A stretch of 63,956 nt of DNA, filler included, from Octopus bimaculoides (GCF_001194135.2; 5 parts of 5 records of this genome joined end to end with filler, not necessarily neighbours in it); one strand, 5' to 3'; counted from the whole stretch's first letter, positions 1 to 13,253 are shown. Translations and numbers: made by a program. The notes: generated by a model not told the origin, from the letters alone.

Positions 1-117
1 AGAGAGAGAGGTGGGGGAGAGAGAGAAACAGAGACAGAGAATGATCGTTGCGGTCGGTACATACTATTACCCAGGGTTTCGCGTCCATAAAGCGCTTAGC
101 TTTGTACAGATACATTG

Positions 118-814
118 CGTTGCTGATAATTTAGGTCCCTTAAAACGCACCCGTTCTAAGAATGAAGTCACCCAAGTAACAGACCAGAAACGAAGAGCTG
201 TATTTAGCGATGATACCATTAAAAGGAAAAATACGGAAGTAATAGAAAATGAAAGCAAACTGTCAGTTAAAAATCAAGGTGTAACTAAAATAATAAAATC
301 TACAATCATTTTGAAGCTAAAATGCAACCCAAAGCAACAAGAACCCCAAGTTGAAGATCTTACCAAGGCATTACAACCAATTGACTTAGCTCGAGATAAC
401 CCAGAATGTTCTCCAGTTATAATGATTGATCTAGAACCACCTAAAGTTGAAGAACCAGAAGTACCAAAGGTTGATTACGACCAGAAGTACCAGAGTACCA
501 GATGAGAGAAAGAACATATGAAAGATCCTTTCTGGTAAGCTATATTGCTAAAGATATTTTTGATTACAATAAGGAACAAGAGTGCAAATTTGCTGTACCA
601 GATTACATGTCCAGTAAACAAAGTGATATTACAAGTGAAATGAGAACCAATCTAATGGACTGGATGGTTGAAGTTCAGACCAACTTTGAATTACATCATG
701 AACCGCTCTACCTTGCTGCCAAGCTTGTTGATATGTATCTCTCTAAAGTCACTATCAAACGTACAAATCTTCAACTTGTGGGGACTGCTGCATTGTTTAT
801 TGCCTGTATATATG
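118..814 (+). pseudogene. CCNB3: Cyclin B3 processed pseudogene (retrocopy), frameshifted; 3' part lost in gap
   Basis: D-box-like KRRAVFSDDT in ORF 11-505. After a frameshift near 500-530 comes the cyclin-box start YIAKDIFDY...MRTNLMDWMVEVQTNFELHHEPLYLAAKLVDMYL...LQLVGTAALFIAC, where VQxNFELxHExLYLAxKLVD is B3-type. No introns over ~700 bp; ccagaagtacca is duplicated at ~455 and 481. Confidence 0.8.
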
Positions 815-959
815 ANNNNNNNNNNNNNNNNNNNNNNNNNNNNNNNNNNNNNNNNNNNNNNNNNNNNNNNNNNNNNNNNNNNNNNNNNNNNNNNNNNNNN
901 NNNNNNNNNNNNNNNCTGGTAGCTTACTGGTAAAGCACGGTCACTTTCAGAGTGATCAT

Positions 960-1215
960 TAGGTACATAGTAAATGAAAGACAGAAGATGGAATATGCAA
1001 GAATTCATTATTAATCACGACAATTGTTTCGACACATTTAGCATCGATCTCTCTTGGGTGGGATACTCAACAACTGGTTCAGGAGCATCCAGTGGTGCAG
1101 ATGTATTTCGGGTGATAAATAAATACAACTCGTTAAAGTGACTGTTCTGCAATGTAACTATCCGTTTTGTAGAGAGCAAAGCAGTCATCCATACCTTAAA
1201 GTAAATTAAGTTACT
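960..1215 (-). mobile_element. Possible old Penelope-like RT remnant
   Basis: Minus strand reads tactttaaggtATGGATGACTGCTTTGCTCTC (MDDCFAL, resembling PLE RYVDDCFAL), followed by FNELY resembling LNELH; heavily degraded. Confidence 0.3.
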
Positions 1216-1289
1216 CAAAATTCATTTTCACTACATTGTGTGAAAGTACATTTATATGCGTGTAGGCATCACGAGAATCATTCAAAAAT

Positions 1290-1890
1290 TCTATTAATTA
1301 TCTTCTCGTTAGTCCACAGAATATTCCTTGAATGTCTCTTATTGATTGTCTTATAACTGGCAACATGGTTACGATAACGATTCTTAAATGAATCAGCTGT
1401 CTGCCCAATGTAAACAGTGTGTGCACGGTACATTTATATACAAGATATGTACTCATACAGAGATTCATCAAAGGACATTTTGATTTTTCTCTGCATGAGC
1501 ATTTATCGTACTTGTTTGTATGTAAGGCAGTCCCGACTCCATTTACCGGCGTTTTTACCGTGCAAGCAGTATTATAAGTATTTCTACAACTACAAATTAG
1601 TCGTAGTCGGTGTTTTTTCAATGCGGTTTACATCTCCTTGGTTGGTATTTAGAGGCAAATGCTCGCTAGATCCAGTAGGTGGGTTATTGAACCATTGCCG
1701 CATTTTACTAATGTCTATGCGATACATAAGCTGCTCTAAATTACGGTGTATCGATTAAAAATAGCATTATACCGATTACATTTAGAAAAACACCAGTCCA
1801 AAGTAGCAAAAGATTTTACTTTTAACCTCCCCATTCTTATAAACGCCAATTTGATAAATAACTCGCTTTGTGATAATGAGTATACCAAAC
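1290..1890 (-). mobile_element. Penelope-like element remnant (thumb/linker + GIY-YIG N-terminal Cys region)
   Basis: Minus-strand peptides AIFNRYTVI (cf. KIFNRNTVKISYSC) and KCSCREKSKCPLMNLCMSTYLVYKCTV (cf. CNCRxKxxCPLxGxCL..VYxAxV); stops and frameshifts. Confidence 0.6.
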
Positions 1891-4800
1891 TTCACGTGTG
1901 CGTATGCTCACATTTTTGCGGATGCTTGTATGAGCGAGTGTACTCGTGCCATGCAGCTTGCTCGAGGGCGTTTATGAAAACAATGATAAAAGATTGCTCC
2001 GGCCTTGCATTAGGCAAGAAGTTAAAAAAATTATTGGCCCATGACACTGCATGGACCCTAAGTAAGGCATGTGTAAAATTTGAATGAAATCCGTTTGGTA
2101 ATTCTTGAGTTTTAGTGATGCACACATACTGATACACAGACAGACAGGCAGGCACACACACACACACACACACACNNNNNNNNNNNNNNNNNNNNNNNNN
2201 NNNNNNNNNNNNNNNNNNNNNNNNNNNNNNNNNNNNNNNNNNNNNNNNNNNNNNNNNNNNNNNNNNNNNNNNNNNNNNNNNNNNNNNNNNNNNNNNNNNN
2301 NNNNNNNNNNNNNNNNNNNNNNNNNNNNNNNNNNNNNNNNNNNNNNNNNNNNNNNNNNNNNNNNNNNNNNNNNNNNNNNNNNNNNNNNNNNNNNNNNNNN
2401 NNNNNNNNNNNNNNNNNNNNNNNNNNNNNNNNNNNNNNNNNNNNNNNNNNNNNNNNNNNNNNNNNNNNNNNNNNNNNNNNNNNNNNNNNNNNNNNNNNNN
2501 NNNNNNNNNNNNNNNNNNNNNNNNNNNNNNNNNNNNNNNNNNNNNNNNNNNNNNNNNNNNNNNNNNNNNNNNNNNNNNNNNNNNNNNNNNNNNNNNNNNN
2601 NNNNNNNNNNNNNNNNNNNNNNNNNNNNNNNNNNNNNNNNNNNNNNNNNNNNNNNNNNNNNNNNNNNNNNNNNNNNNNNNNNNNNNNNNNNNNNNNNNNN
2701 NNNNNNNNNNNNNNNNNNNNNNNNNNNNNNNNNNNNNNNNNNNNNNNNNNTGTGGGCGTACATTTTATTTATTTTGTTCAAATTGTTTTCAAATTTGGTA
2801 TGTAGATTAAGTTCTGTATACTAATTATGAAAATGAAATTCATTTTTCCTATAACTCCAAAATCAAAAAGTTGTTAGCCTTTAAAATTTGCAAAATTTGG
2901 ATGTTTTAGCCAATCAGAAGCGAGTATTTTACACATCACCGTGGCGAAAAGCTCTGTTTCCATAGCAACCAAAGATGCTGCGCATGCGTACAAGAAGGTG
3001 ATACAAGAAAGATAATATTTTTACTATAATAATACTCTTGTGTTTTTCTCCATCACAACATATGAATGAGAAAGGAAGGGGTGATAGATGAATGAGAAAG
3101 AAAGGGGTGATGGATGAATAAGGAAGGAAAGGGTGATGGCAAACTGGTAGTGGGGGCGTTTCAACTCTGTGTGAGTATATGTGTGTACGTGTGTGCGTGT
3201 ACAAGGGAAGATGCAATGTTTTGACATGCTGATGATCCCCACCTCCACCGATGATGGAAGAGGCAACGAACGCGCTGTTTTCTGAATGGCTGAAAATTCT
3301 GAAAATGATCAAACTTTGAACACCTGTAACACTTTTGCAAAATTTTTCTGGAATAAATGAATAATAAATTCGGATTCAGCGTCAAAGATTACATCTATAT
3401 GATACATTAGAAATTTTTTTAAAGGTAATTGTACACAGTGACGAAACCCACAAAGATCTCTATATTCTACAATGAAGAAAGCTACTTTTTTTCCTGGATC
3501 NNNNNNNNNNNNNNNNNNNNNNNNNNNNNNNNNNNNNNNNNNNNNNNNNNNNNNNNNNNNNNNNNNNNNNNNNNNNNNNNNNNNNNNNNNNNNNNNNNNN
3601 NNNNNNNNNNNNNNNNNNNNNNNNNNNNNNNNNNNNNNNNNNNNNNNNNNNNNNNNNNNNNNNNNNNNNNNNNNNNNNNNNNNNNNNNNNNNNNNNNNNN
3701 NNNNNNNNNNNNNNNNNNNNNNNNNNNNNNNNNNNNNNNNNNNNNNNNNNNNNNNNNNNNNNNNNNNNNNNNNNNNNNNNNNNNNNNNNNNNNNNNNNNN
3801 NNNNNNNNNNNNNNNNNNNNNNNNNNNNNNNNNNNNNNNNNNNNNNNNNNNNNNNNNNNNNNNNNNNNNNNNNNNNNNNNNNNNNNNNNNNNNNNNNNNN
3901 NNNNNNNNNNNNNNNNNNNNNNNNNNNNNNNNNNNNNNNNNNNNNNNNNNNNNNNNNNNNNNNNNNNNNNNNNNNNNNNNNNNNNNNNNNNNNNNNNNNN
4001 NNNNNNNNNNNNNNNNNNNNNNNNNNNNNNNNNNNNNNNNNNNNNNNNNNNNNNNNNNNNNNNNNNNNNNNNNNNNNNNNNNNNNNNNNNNNNNNNNNNN
4101 NNNNNNNNNNNNNNNNNNNNNNNNNNNNNNNNNNNNNNNNNNNNNNNNNNNNNNNNNNNNNNNNNNNNNNNNNNNNNNNNNNNNNNNNNNNNNNNNNNNN
4201 NNNNNNNNNNNNNNNNNNNNNNNNNNNNNNNNNNNNNNNNNNNNNNNNNNNNNNNNNNNNNNNNNNNNNNNNNNNNNNNNNNNNNNNNNNNNNNNNNNNN
4301 NNNNNNNNNNNNNNNNNNNNNNNNNNNNNNNNNNNNNNNNNNNNNNNNNNNNNNNNNNNNNNNNNNNNNNNNNNNNNNNNNNNNNNAGGGACGATGTAAT
4401 TGACAAACCCCTATTAGCAAAACTTCAGGCCTGTAGCAGAAAAAAAAAATGCTTATAACAGCGCCGCACAAAATGCTTTGCAATATTTTTTCCAGTTCTA
4501 TACGTTCTGACTTCAAATTTGTCTTTCATCCCTCGTTCGAAGTAATAGAGTACCAGTCAAGTACTGGAGTTTATGGTATCCACAAAATTGCCGACATTGA
4601 GCCTAAATTAGAAACGAGTCTTTGCCTCAATTTGAAACCAGGGTTTGTTATTTTCAATTCGGAAATTATTTTATAACTAACTTAGGACAGATCAAATTGA
4701 AGACGTTAGCTAAAAACTGACCAATGAGTATTAACACTCATTAGTTGAGCTCATTGATGACACTCGTCAACATCAGATTAGCTAATGATACCGTCATTAA

Positions 4801-6122
4801 ATTTGTGAATCAAAATTGTTAAATGTGAATTTGTGAACTCATACATAAAATTTCATGAAAGTAAACCAAGTAGAGCAGAACAGTAGAGGAGACGAGAGAA
4901 AGGAATACCGGTTGTCGAGCGGTGGGGGAGGGAACAAAGGCAACCACACGTATACAGCTATACATATATATATATACGATGGACTGCAATACAATTTGCA
5001 TCTACCAAATGCTTTTGCAAGGCTTTGGTTGGTCTGAGACTATAATAGAAGGCACTTGCCCAAGTTGCTGCGCAGTGAGTCTGAACTCAAAAACCATGTG
5101 GTTGCAAAGCGAGTTTCTGAGCCATGTTTACGCCCATTTAGGAATATAACGACACAATGGTTATTTCATGTTATACTATTCAATATGAGATATCATCTAC
5201 ATTTATGCAGGCATGGTGTGGATTCGATCCTTGATCGCCAAATTTCGCTTAACAGTTCAACAGCACTTTTCTTACGGTAAAACAATAGTCTTTCTGTGAG
5301 TGACAGCAGTTACATTTACCAGATGCCTTCGCTAAACAGAATAATGTCTTTGCCACTTGACCCTTCTAACCTCTTCTATTTCACCAAAAGCTAGAATAGA
5401 GATAACAGGCTCCCAACGAAATCTATTGTTCTCAACGATATGTCTCTCCTTCTGACTGGTTTTGCATAGTTATAGATACAAGAATTTGGTAAGGCAAAAT
5501 CAGTTCTTGTACTGTATAAATTCATTCGATTTCATTATATTCGATTTTTAGACGAACTAACTAATGTTAGCCACTAAATATTTTTTTGTTTTGTCCTTGT
5601 GCTGTCCCCTCTGTGTAAGCCATTTATTGGTAATAAAGAAATTAGTTATTGAACGGGTTGGTGTGTTACTTCAACTACCACCTGTCCAGAAAGATCAGTC
5701 TGGAGAAGAGGTGCTTGTCTCCAAAGAACGTTTGAGAAAAGATGGGCAAATGTAAGGCAGTTGAGAGTGAATGGGGCCGCACTAGTGTAGTCGGTCAGAA
5801 CGGAAAAGAAGGAAAAAACGAAAATTATGCGGAAAAAAGCTATCTATAAAATGAAAGAGGGGGGNNNNNNNNNNNNNNNNNNNNNNNNNNNNNNNNNNNN
5901 NNNNNNNNNNNNNNNNNNNNNNNNNNNNNNNNNNNNNNNNNNNNNNNNNNNNNNNNNNNNNNNNNNNNNNNNNNNNNNNNNNNNNNNNNNNNNNNNNNNN
6001 NNNNNNNNNNNNNNNNNNNNNNNNNNNNNNNNNNNNNNNNNNNNNNNNNNNNNNNNNNNNNNNNNNNNNNNNNNNNNNNNNNNNNNNNNNNNNNNNNNNN
6101 NNNNNNNNNNNNNNNNNNNNNN

Positions 6123-6444
6123 CTGCTCGTGAAATTAACGTGCAATTGGCTGAGCACTCCACAGACACGTGTACCCTTAACATAGTTCTCGGGGATATTC
6201 AGCGTGACACAGAGTGACAAGGCTGACCCTTTGAATTACAGGCACAACAGAAACAGGAAGTAAGAGTGAGAGAAAATTGTGGTGGAAGAGTTCAGCAGGA
6301 TTCGCCACCATCCCCTGCCGGAGCCTCGTGGAGCTTTAGGTGTTTTCGCTCAATAAACACTCACAATGCCCGGTCTGGGAATCGAAACCGCGATCCTATG
6401 ACCGCGAGTCCGCTGCCCTAACCACTGGGCCATTGCGCCTCCAC
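6123..6444 (-). mobile_element. tRNA-derived SINE (family B here)
   Basis: Minus-strand head GGCGCAATGGCCCAGTGGTTAGGGCAGCGGACTCGCGGTCATAGGATCGCGGTTTCGATTCCC with Pol III A and B boxes; body runs into a gap. Confidence 0.8.
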
Positions 6445-6882
6445 CATGGCCACAAATAGGTAGTCACTAAAGACAAACTGCCAGAGGGAGAAAGAAGGTT
6501 ACAATCAACCAACTATGAGACACAACTTCCCTCGACTTTATAACTTTCACTAGCTCAATTTCTTTTCTCTTACATCATTCTATCACTATCTCTGGTTTAC
6601 TACTACAATTAGAACGTGTACACATATACAGGCCGAAATTAGCTTCCTTAACCTCGCATGCGATTTCAATTATATCACATCAGCCCGTCGAGGCATAGCA
6701 TTATATTTAACAGTAAATAAATATTTCTTTACAACTTCAATCACTGTTCTTCTTCCATCTTGCACATCTACAACAACAACCGTTACACGATGACCACTGA
6801 TTCCACCTTAACCATACTGTCACAATTGGTAACCCTCGACTACAACGAATAACAATGCCGATGCAGCGACATTTTGGTTGTC

Positions 6883-7005
6883 GTTATGTTCTGAGTTCAA
6901 ATTCCGCTGAGGTCGACTTTGCCTTTCATCCTTTCGGAGTACCAGTTGAAAACTCTGTCAATTTACCCCAAACACGCTGACCGTGTGCTGAAATTTGAAA
7001 TCAAT
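6883..7005 (+). mobile_element. SINE family C fragment
   Basis: gttctgagttcaaattccgctgaggtcgactttgcctttcatcctttcgg core shared with 9926-10158. Confidence 0.7.
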
Positions 7006-7325
7006 ATTGAAAGTGACTTCCGCCATTCCTTAAATGTTATTTATTATTAAACTCAAAATTAATGTTTCTCAACCTTTGCACCACGTTCCCTGTGGTATTT
7101 TACAAGTATCAAACAGCAGCTAATTTGGCGCACTGGTTTATTATCCATATGTTATTTTGTAGATATTTTTTGTTTTAGTTATTTACAAGGACTTCTACCC
7201 ACTGTGTTAAGTCTCTATGGAAATTACGAAAAAAGAACTTTGGTACATCATCAATCAGGTTTCTGTTCATTGAGAACAATGTTTTGCATTCAAATTTCAA
7301 TAAAGATTTTTGTTGGAAGTTTGTT

Positions 7326-7720
7326 TAAGACGTTCGCTTTGCAGCCGTATGGTTTCATATTCAGTCCCACTACCCAGTACCATTGATTTGTGAATGAATT
7401 TGTCAGACCGAAACTGTGCGGAAGCCCATCATGTGTGTATATATACATACATACATACATACATACATACATACATGCGTGTATGTATGTATGTACTTAC
7501 GTACGTACGTATGTATGTACGTCTTTGTCATTGGTTGTCTCTCACCACTTGACAGTAGGTGTTATTATGTTTTGTTTTAGCAACATAGCAGTTCGGCCAA
7601 AAGACCACCGATAGAATAAGTACCAGGTTTTAAAAGATAAGCACTGGGGTAGATTTGACAACGAAAACCCTTCAATGTGAGATCTCAGCATAGTCATACT
7701 CCAAAGACTGAAACAATTAA
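7326..7720 (+). mobile_element. Old SINE family A copy with internal (TACA)n microsatellite
   Basis: ttcagtcccact head, gaagcccatc, microsatellite, then ccgatagaataagtaccagg...gactgaaacaa tail as in 14284-14780. Confidence 0.65.
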
Positions 7721-8076
7721 TCAAAGAATTGCACCCAATTTAAATATTTTATTCCAATGAAAACTATACATGATTTCTCTAAACATCTAGTGTCCTACTA
7801 TTCAAGTTAAGAGCCACTTATTTAACTCAGAACTGTGTCGTGAACAGGAATATCTCTTGAATTTACAGGATTTTTAAAGAGGGGGACGTAAATCTCTCGT
7901 GATTATTTTATTGCATGAATTACTGCCCTTACATTAATTGTTTTGCTCTCCGATCGACCCAACCAGCAGCCCATCTTTTGTGTCTCAGACAGTGGTTCCT
8001 AACCCGTGATCCTCAGACGCCTTTTGGACCACAAGGGTAATACTGGGGTCTGTGAACAAAATTCAAAAGTTCATAC

Positions 8077-8125
<49 letters not shown>

Positions 8126-9389
8126 NNNNNNNNNNNNNNNNNNNNNNNNNNNNNNNNNNNNNNNNNNNNNNNNNNNNNNNNNNNNNNNNNNNNNNNNNNN
8201 NNNNNNNNNNNNNNNNNNNNNNNNNNNNNNNNNNNNNNNNNNNNNNNNNNNNNNNNNNNNNNNNNNNNNNNNNNNNNNNNNNNNNNNNNNNNNNNNNNNN
8301 NNNNNNNNNNNNNNNNNNNNNNNNNNNNNNNNNNNNNNNNNNNNNNNNNNNNNNNNNNNNNNNNNNNNNNNNNNNNNNNNNNNNNNNNNNNNNNNNNNNN
8401 NNNNNNNNNNNNNNNNNNNNNNNNNNNNNNNNNNNNNNNNNNNNNNNNNNNNNNNNNNNNNNNNNNNNNNNNNNNNNNNNNNNNNNNNNNNNNNNNNNNN
8501 NNNNNNNNNNNNNNNNNNNNNNNNNNNNNNNNNNNNNNNNNNNNNNNNNNNNNNAGACTAACACTACATTGCATCGTAATTTAAAAAAATAACACTGGGA
8601 TATATAAAAATATCATGCTTTACTTGAAATACCGAAACGAAAGTAATATACTGCTTATAAATTGTTTCTTACTTCAGTGAGGAAAAGACTTTCATTTTTA
8701 AAAAAATGTTTTACTTCAAAGAGAAAAACAAATATTTTCATCAAAAAGTATATATTTTGAGAGGAGAAAAGCATTTTGATAACTTATTAATTAGAAACAA
8801 AATAATAAAAAAATAATCATAAGTTGAAATAATGTTTAAGAGTAATCAAAAATATCATAAAGATGCACATCGCTTAACAGTCATTTCATTTCCTCACGCC
8901 ATAGAAATTCGAAAATGTATGTTTGAAACATATCACCTTTGTACACACTCATTCTTTAAAAAATTTTTAGTACGCGATTCCATAAGCATTCATTCCTCAT
9001 GATCTGAATTAACGAAATATTATTATTAAGATAATTACTTTCGTTTGGGTATTTCAATTAAATCATATTATTCTTCAATTCTCTCCCTTCCTTGTCTTTA
9101 AAATTCTGTCACGATTCTCCACATTTAGCCATTGTCTATTGCATCTAGACTGTGTTATTTTAAAGATGGTGAAGTATGATGGTATGATTTGAAGGAAATT
9201 TAGCTGGTTTACTCTTTCTAGAAGATTGAGCGACATCATAGAGGTTCTCTCATTGACTCAGTATTTACTAAGATAGCCAGCCCTTGACATAGGAAACATT
9301 CCCAAAATTACACGAAATCTACCCTTTGGTTTCATTCTGAATTAAGCTTTTAATTATCTCTTGCCAGTTACATTTTGCAAAAGAAAGTT

Positions 9390-9680
9390 GTTCACCCAGA
9401 AAGAGACCAGGTAGTCTTACCCTCTGTCCCTGAGTAAGCGGTAGGTGCCTCGTCTGGGACGTCACAGTTTGTAACTCTTTCGCTCCCTCCCACACTCTGG
9501 ATGCTGCGGTAAATGAGAGGGCCACTACTTTCGTAGTCGAACGGAACAAAACCCTGAAGTATCGGGACCTGGCAGTGAACTGTCTCTTTCAACCTGTTGC
9601 GTTTGAGGCATTTGTTGGGACTGGGCCACTAATGGCGAAGTTCTTCTCTATTCTGAGAGGGTTTCTGTGGCTCGAAGCCC
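9390..9680 (+). mobile_element. CRE-like non-LTR retrotransposon, restriction-like endonuclease (RLE) fragment
   Basis: Plus strand reads KRPGSLTLCP*VSGRCLVWDVTVCNSFAPSH...KTLKYRDLAVNCLFQPVAFEAF, matching the RPDGLTLxPW..G..LxWDxT....KxxKY....FxPxAxE pattern of CRE-type RLE domains. Confidence 0.65.
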
Positions 9681-9925
9681 TTACTAACATCAACTACCTT
9701 ACAAAGTATTCAGTGTGCGTTTTTTGTTTTTCGTGGTATCAACGCTACAGAAGTTACCTTGGACCACCACACCTGGTAAAAGAGCCCCCTTCGACACTAC
9801 GTTGTATCTCCTGGAATCGGGATTGTAATGGGTATGTATGTATGTATGTATGTATGTATGTATGTATGTATGTATGTGTATGGGGACACCAGCACCAGTC
9901 AGATTGCTTTGTAGCAAGAATAGGA

Positions 9926-10158
9926 AAGGCGGCGAGCTGGCAGAAACGTTAGCACGCCGGACGAAATGTTTAGCGGTATGTCGTCTGCCGTTACGTTCTG
10001 AGTTCAAATTCTGCCGAGGTTGACTTTCCCTTTCATCCTTTCGGGGTCTATAAATCAAGTACCAGTTACGCATTGGGGTCGATGTAATCGACTTAATCCC
10101 CTTGTCTGTCCTTGTTCGTCTCCTCTATGCTTATCCCCTTGTGGGCAATAAAGAAATA
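9926..10158 (+). mobile_element. SINE family C, near full length
   Basis: aaggcggcgagctggcagaaacgttagc head, gagttcaaattc B-box-like motif, tail ccccttgtgggcaataaagaaata; similar copies at 6883, 11010-11200, 11790, 25721 and 25968. Confidence 0.8.
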
Positions 10159-10480
10159 TGAAACAAGAATAGGAGAGCGTGATTACCTTGACGAGGTGTT
10201 GAGAGATGATAAAGAATGATGGAATACCTTTATTATGGGTGGTAGTGAAGAGAGTAACGAAGACGCTTTGGTGGAAGGGACAAAGGAGACAGCAGTGTCG
10301 GAGGGTTAGCGAGACAGAGAAGAAAGAGTAAAATGGGCAGGTGAGAGAGATAAAGTAATGAATGTGAGGAAGAGGCTATGTGGAGAAGGTCATCGAAAGG
10401 AGGAGAGATTTAGGGGAGTTGTAGATTGGTCAAAGAGGGAGTGAGAGAAAGAAATAAGGCGTTGAGATAACGTCTATGTA

Positions 10481-10522
<42 letters not shown>

Positions 10523-11587
10523 CATGTGTGCGCATACACATTAGTGTCTCTCACCTAATCTGCCCATTGTAATCTTCGTATTTCTAAAGGTGGAAGCCCA
10601 AAAAGTTTTCCCGAAAGAAGTTAAAAACAAGAAAAAATAAATAGTAAATAAATAATGAAGGGTGGAAAAAAATTTTTTTTTAATTTAAAAACTATTTTTT
10701 TTAAAAATNNNNNNNNNNNNNNNNNNNNNNNNNNNNNNNNNNNNNNNNNNNNNNNNNNNNNNNNNNNNNNNNNNNNNNNNNNNNNNNNNNNNNNNNNNNN
10801 NNNNNNNNNNNNNNNNNNNNNNNNNNNNNNNNNNNNNNNNNNNNNNNNNNNNNNNNNNNNNNNNNNNNNNNNNNNNNNNNNNNNNNNNNNNNNNNNNNNN
10901 NNNNNNNNNNNNNNNNNNNNNNNNNNNNNNNNNNNNNNNNNNNNNNNNNNNNNNNNNNNNNNNNNNNNNNNNNNNNNNNNNNNNNNNNNNNNNNNNNNNN
11001 NNNNGCCGGTGGGTTGATTAGAACCCCGCATGGAGTTATAACAAAAATGTGATTTAATTTTTCGATTTCTTTCTTCGATTTTATTATATCTTTTCTATTT
11101 ATATAATTAAAAAAAAAAAACCTCTCATTGTAACAAACGCTATACGTTGTGGTGTGCATGTTCGTCCCCTCTATGTTCGCCTTTTATAGACAATAAAGAA
11201 ATTGTTACTATTTCCACTGAAAATAACTTTAATAGTGTCAATATCACGACTTTCAATTTGGCATCATAATCCGCAAGAATGCCGCAAAATTATATACCCA
11301 ACAAAACCCTATCACATGACTTTACCAGTCTCAGTCTTTATTCTACAGATAGAAATAACCTGAGTCGGCACGTGACCTCTAGATGTAAGGGGAGATAATC
11401 CACAGCAGAGGTCAATTCATAACCAGGCTTTCCATTAACAACAGTTGTTAAATTAATAAGGTCTAAGTTATTACGGACGTTTTTGTTTTGTTTTGTTTTT
11501 CTATTGTTATTTTGTCAATTGAGCGAAGAGAGGAAAATCATTTCTGTCTTTGCATTCTGTTAAGATTTATATCTAAAATCCTCAGGA

Positions 11588-11674
11588 ATGGTGTTTTTAA
11601 CGCCGGTAAATGCTGTCCGGAATCGAGGACCACACAGGTTTTGGAAACGTGCAATGTACAGAAGATTAGCATGG
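11588..11674 (+). CDS. MRPL20: Mitochondrial ribosomal protein L20, coding exon 1
   Basis: ATG...MVFLTPVNAVRNRGPHRFWKRAMYRRLAW (87 bp, phase 0) followed by donor gtaaga; the MVFLT N-terminus is typical of bL20m. Confidence 0.9.
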
Positions 11675-13026
11675 GTAAGATTCATTATTATTGTTATTGT
11701 TGTTTGTTGTAGTATTGTTATTTTCGGCTAATTTTCAAGCTTTTATATCAATTCTTATTTTCTTTCGACACTTTACGTACTGATTCACATCTCGTCGAGG
11801 ACAACTTTACCTTTCATTCCTTAGGGGTCGATAAAATATATTGCCGTACAATCGCTGGCATGTAATCATTTAGTTCCTTTACCATTAAAATTACTGATCT
11901 TTTACATAAATTAAAAATAGAATTAATTCACATTCTATGTTACAACAGTGAATTTCATTGCCAGACATGCAGTGACACACACTCATACATAATAAACATG
12001 ACGTGAATTGGCTTGACTGGAGTTGAAACCGGCTAGCATTAAAAGAATTTTTTTTAAATATGCTTAATCATACGAATTCCAGTTCCTAGAATACAAATTC
12101 GCAAAAATTTCCTGAAAATTTCCTCAAAATGAAATAGTTATGAGGGCGTTATATGGTGCGCTTCGATCAGAATTCGACCTGCCGGAGTTTAATTTACGAC
12201 AGCATTTAAAAATAATCTAAATAGGAAATGTCACATAGGACAGTATCGAAAATGAAACCAGTTATTTTCCATTAAGACTGTCTCCACCTCTTGTTTTTGT
12301 TCTCGATTATAATCATTTATTTTATTTATGTTTATACAGAATGGTACCAAACATTACAGAATCTTCCTTTCTTCATTCTACCTGATTAATTTCTGTTTTT
12401 AATATAAATCTATTTACGCAGTTTCAAAGTCATATAGTCTGTCATTGATATTTGAACAGACTATTTTACGGAGATATCTATTCTTACATTTGATAAATAG
12501 TATTTATTAACTACATACGTAGCTTACGGATTTTTTTTTAAAACCTAAACATAAAAAATTGTTTCACATCCCCCGTTTCATGTGTTCTACGAATAAGTCA
12601 CAGCGTGGTATTTATTTGCAATAAAGTCACAAGAATGCCAGACTCAGTGGTTTTTGGAACCGAAGTGGACAGAGTCTAGAATGATTTTTTCTTCTGACTG
12701 ATCGCTTTTTTTTTTTAATTGTAAGGCTGCAACAGAAGTATTTCAGTCCTAAAGTGCTCTGCTAATTCTCCCACTAGAGTACATTACTGTACACACACAT
12801 CTGAGTTATTGGTGTTTGTTCATACACATGCACACCTTCTGAGATGCAGTCAAAGATAAGCCACCCTCTCAATAACACAACTTCTTTTACTAACACTCAA
12901 TAAATATTAATTGATTCTTATGTTGTTCCTTGATTCCAAGAAAAATTTTCAGCACCTATAAAGAGGAAATGCCAATTTAGCTCAAAACTTCTCTTGGAAT
13001 ATTATTTGCTCAAACTGTTCAATCTA

Positions 13027-13253
13027 TTGGGTTGTCCGGAAAGTTTGTGCCGATTTTTAAAGGAAAGAAAAAGGTCAATAAATACTTGCCATTACATTTT
13101 TAATCAACCAAATATGAACAATTTGTTGCACAATGCGTCTCCATCTTTCCTTTAACTTGAAAATACCCTCTTCCCAGAATTGTGGTGGTTTCATGGCAAA
13201 TAAGTCAAAAGGTAAGCTACTATAAATCGGCATGAACTTTCCGGACAACCCAA
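13027..13253. mobile_element. Mariner-derived MITE (227 bp)
   Basis: TIRs ttgggttgtccggaaagtt..gccgattt / aaatcggc..aactttccggacaacccaa, TA on both flanks; the interior (minus strand) reads EGIFKLKERWRRIVQQ, the mariner transposase C-terminus. Confidence 0.85.

Noticed and set aside
2780-3500. Probable non-autonomous DNA transposon pieces (also 1900-2175, 8560-9100, 13770-13930, 26161-26539, 45540-46050, 60960-61030)
   Set aside because: They look repetitive, but the termini are lost in gaps or unpaired, so no family call can be supported.
6370-6444. Possible tRNA gene on the minus strand (also SINE heads at 14284, 29952 and 48514)
   Set aside because: A and B boxes are present, but there is no proper acceptor stem and the sequence continues into SINE bodies.
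11368-11373. CACGTG E-box ~215 bp upstream of the MRPL20 ATG
   Set aside because: A single hexamer is expected by chance, and the TSS is unknown.
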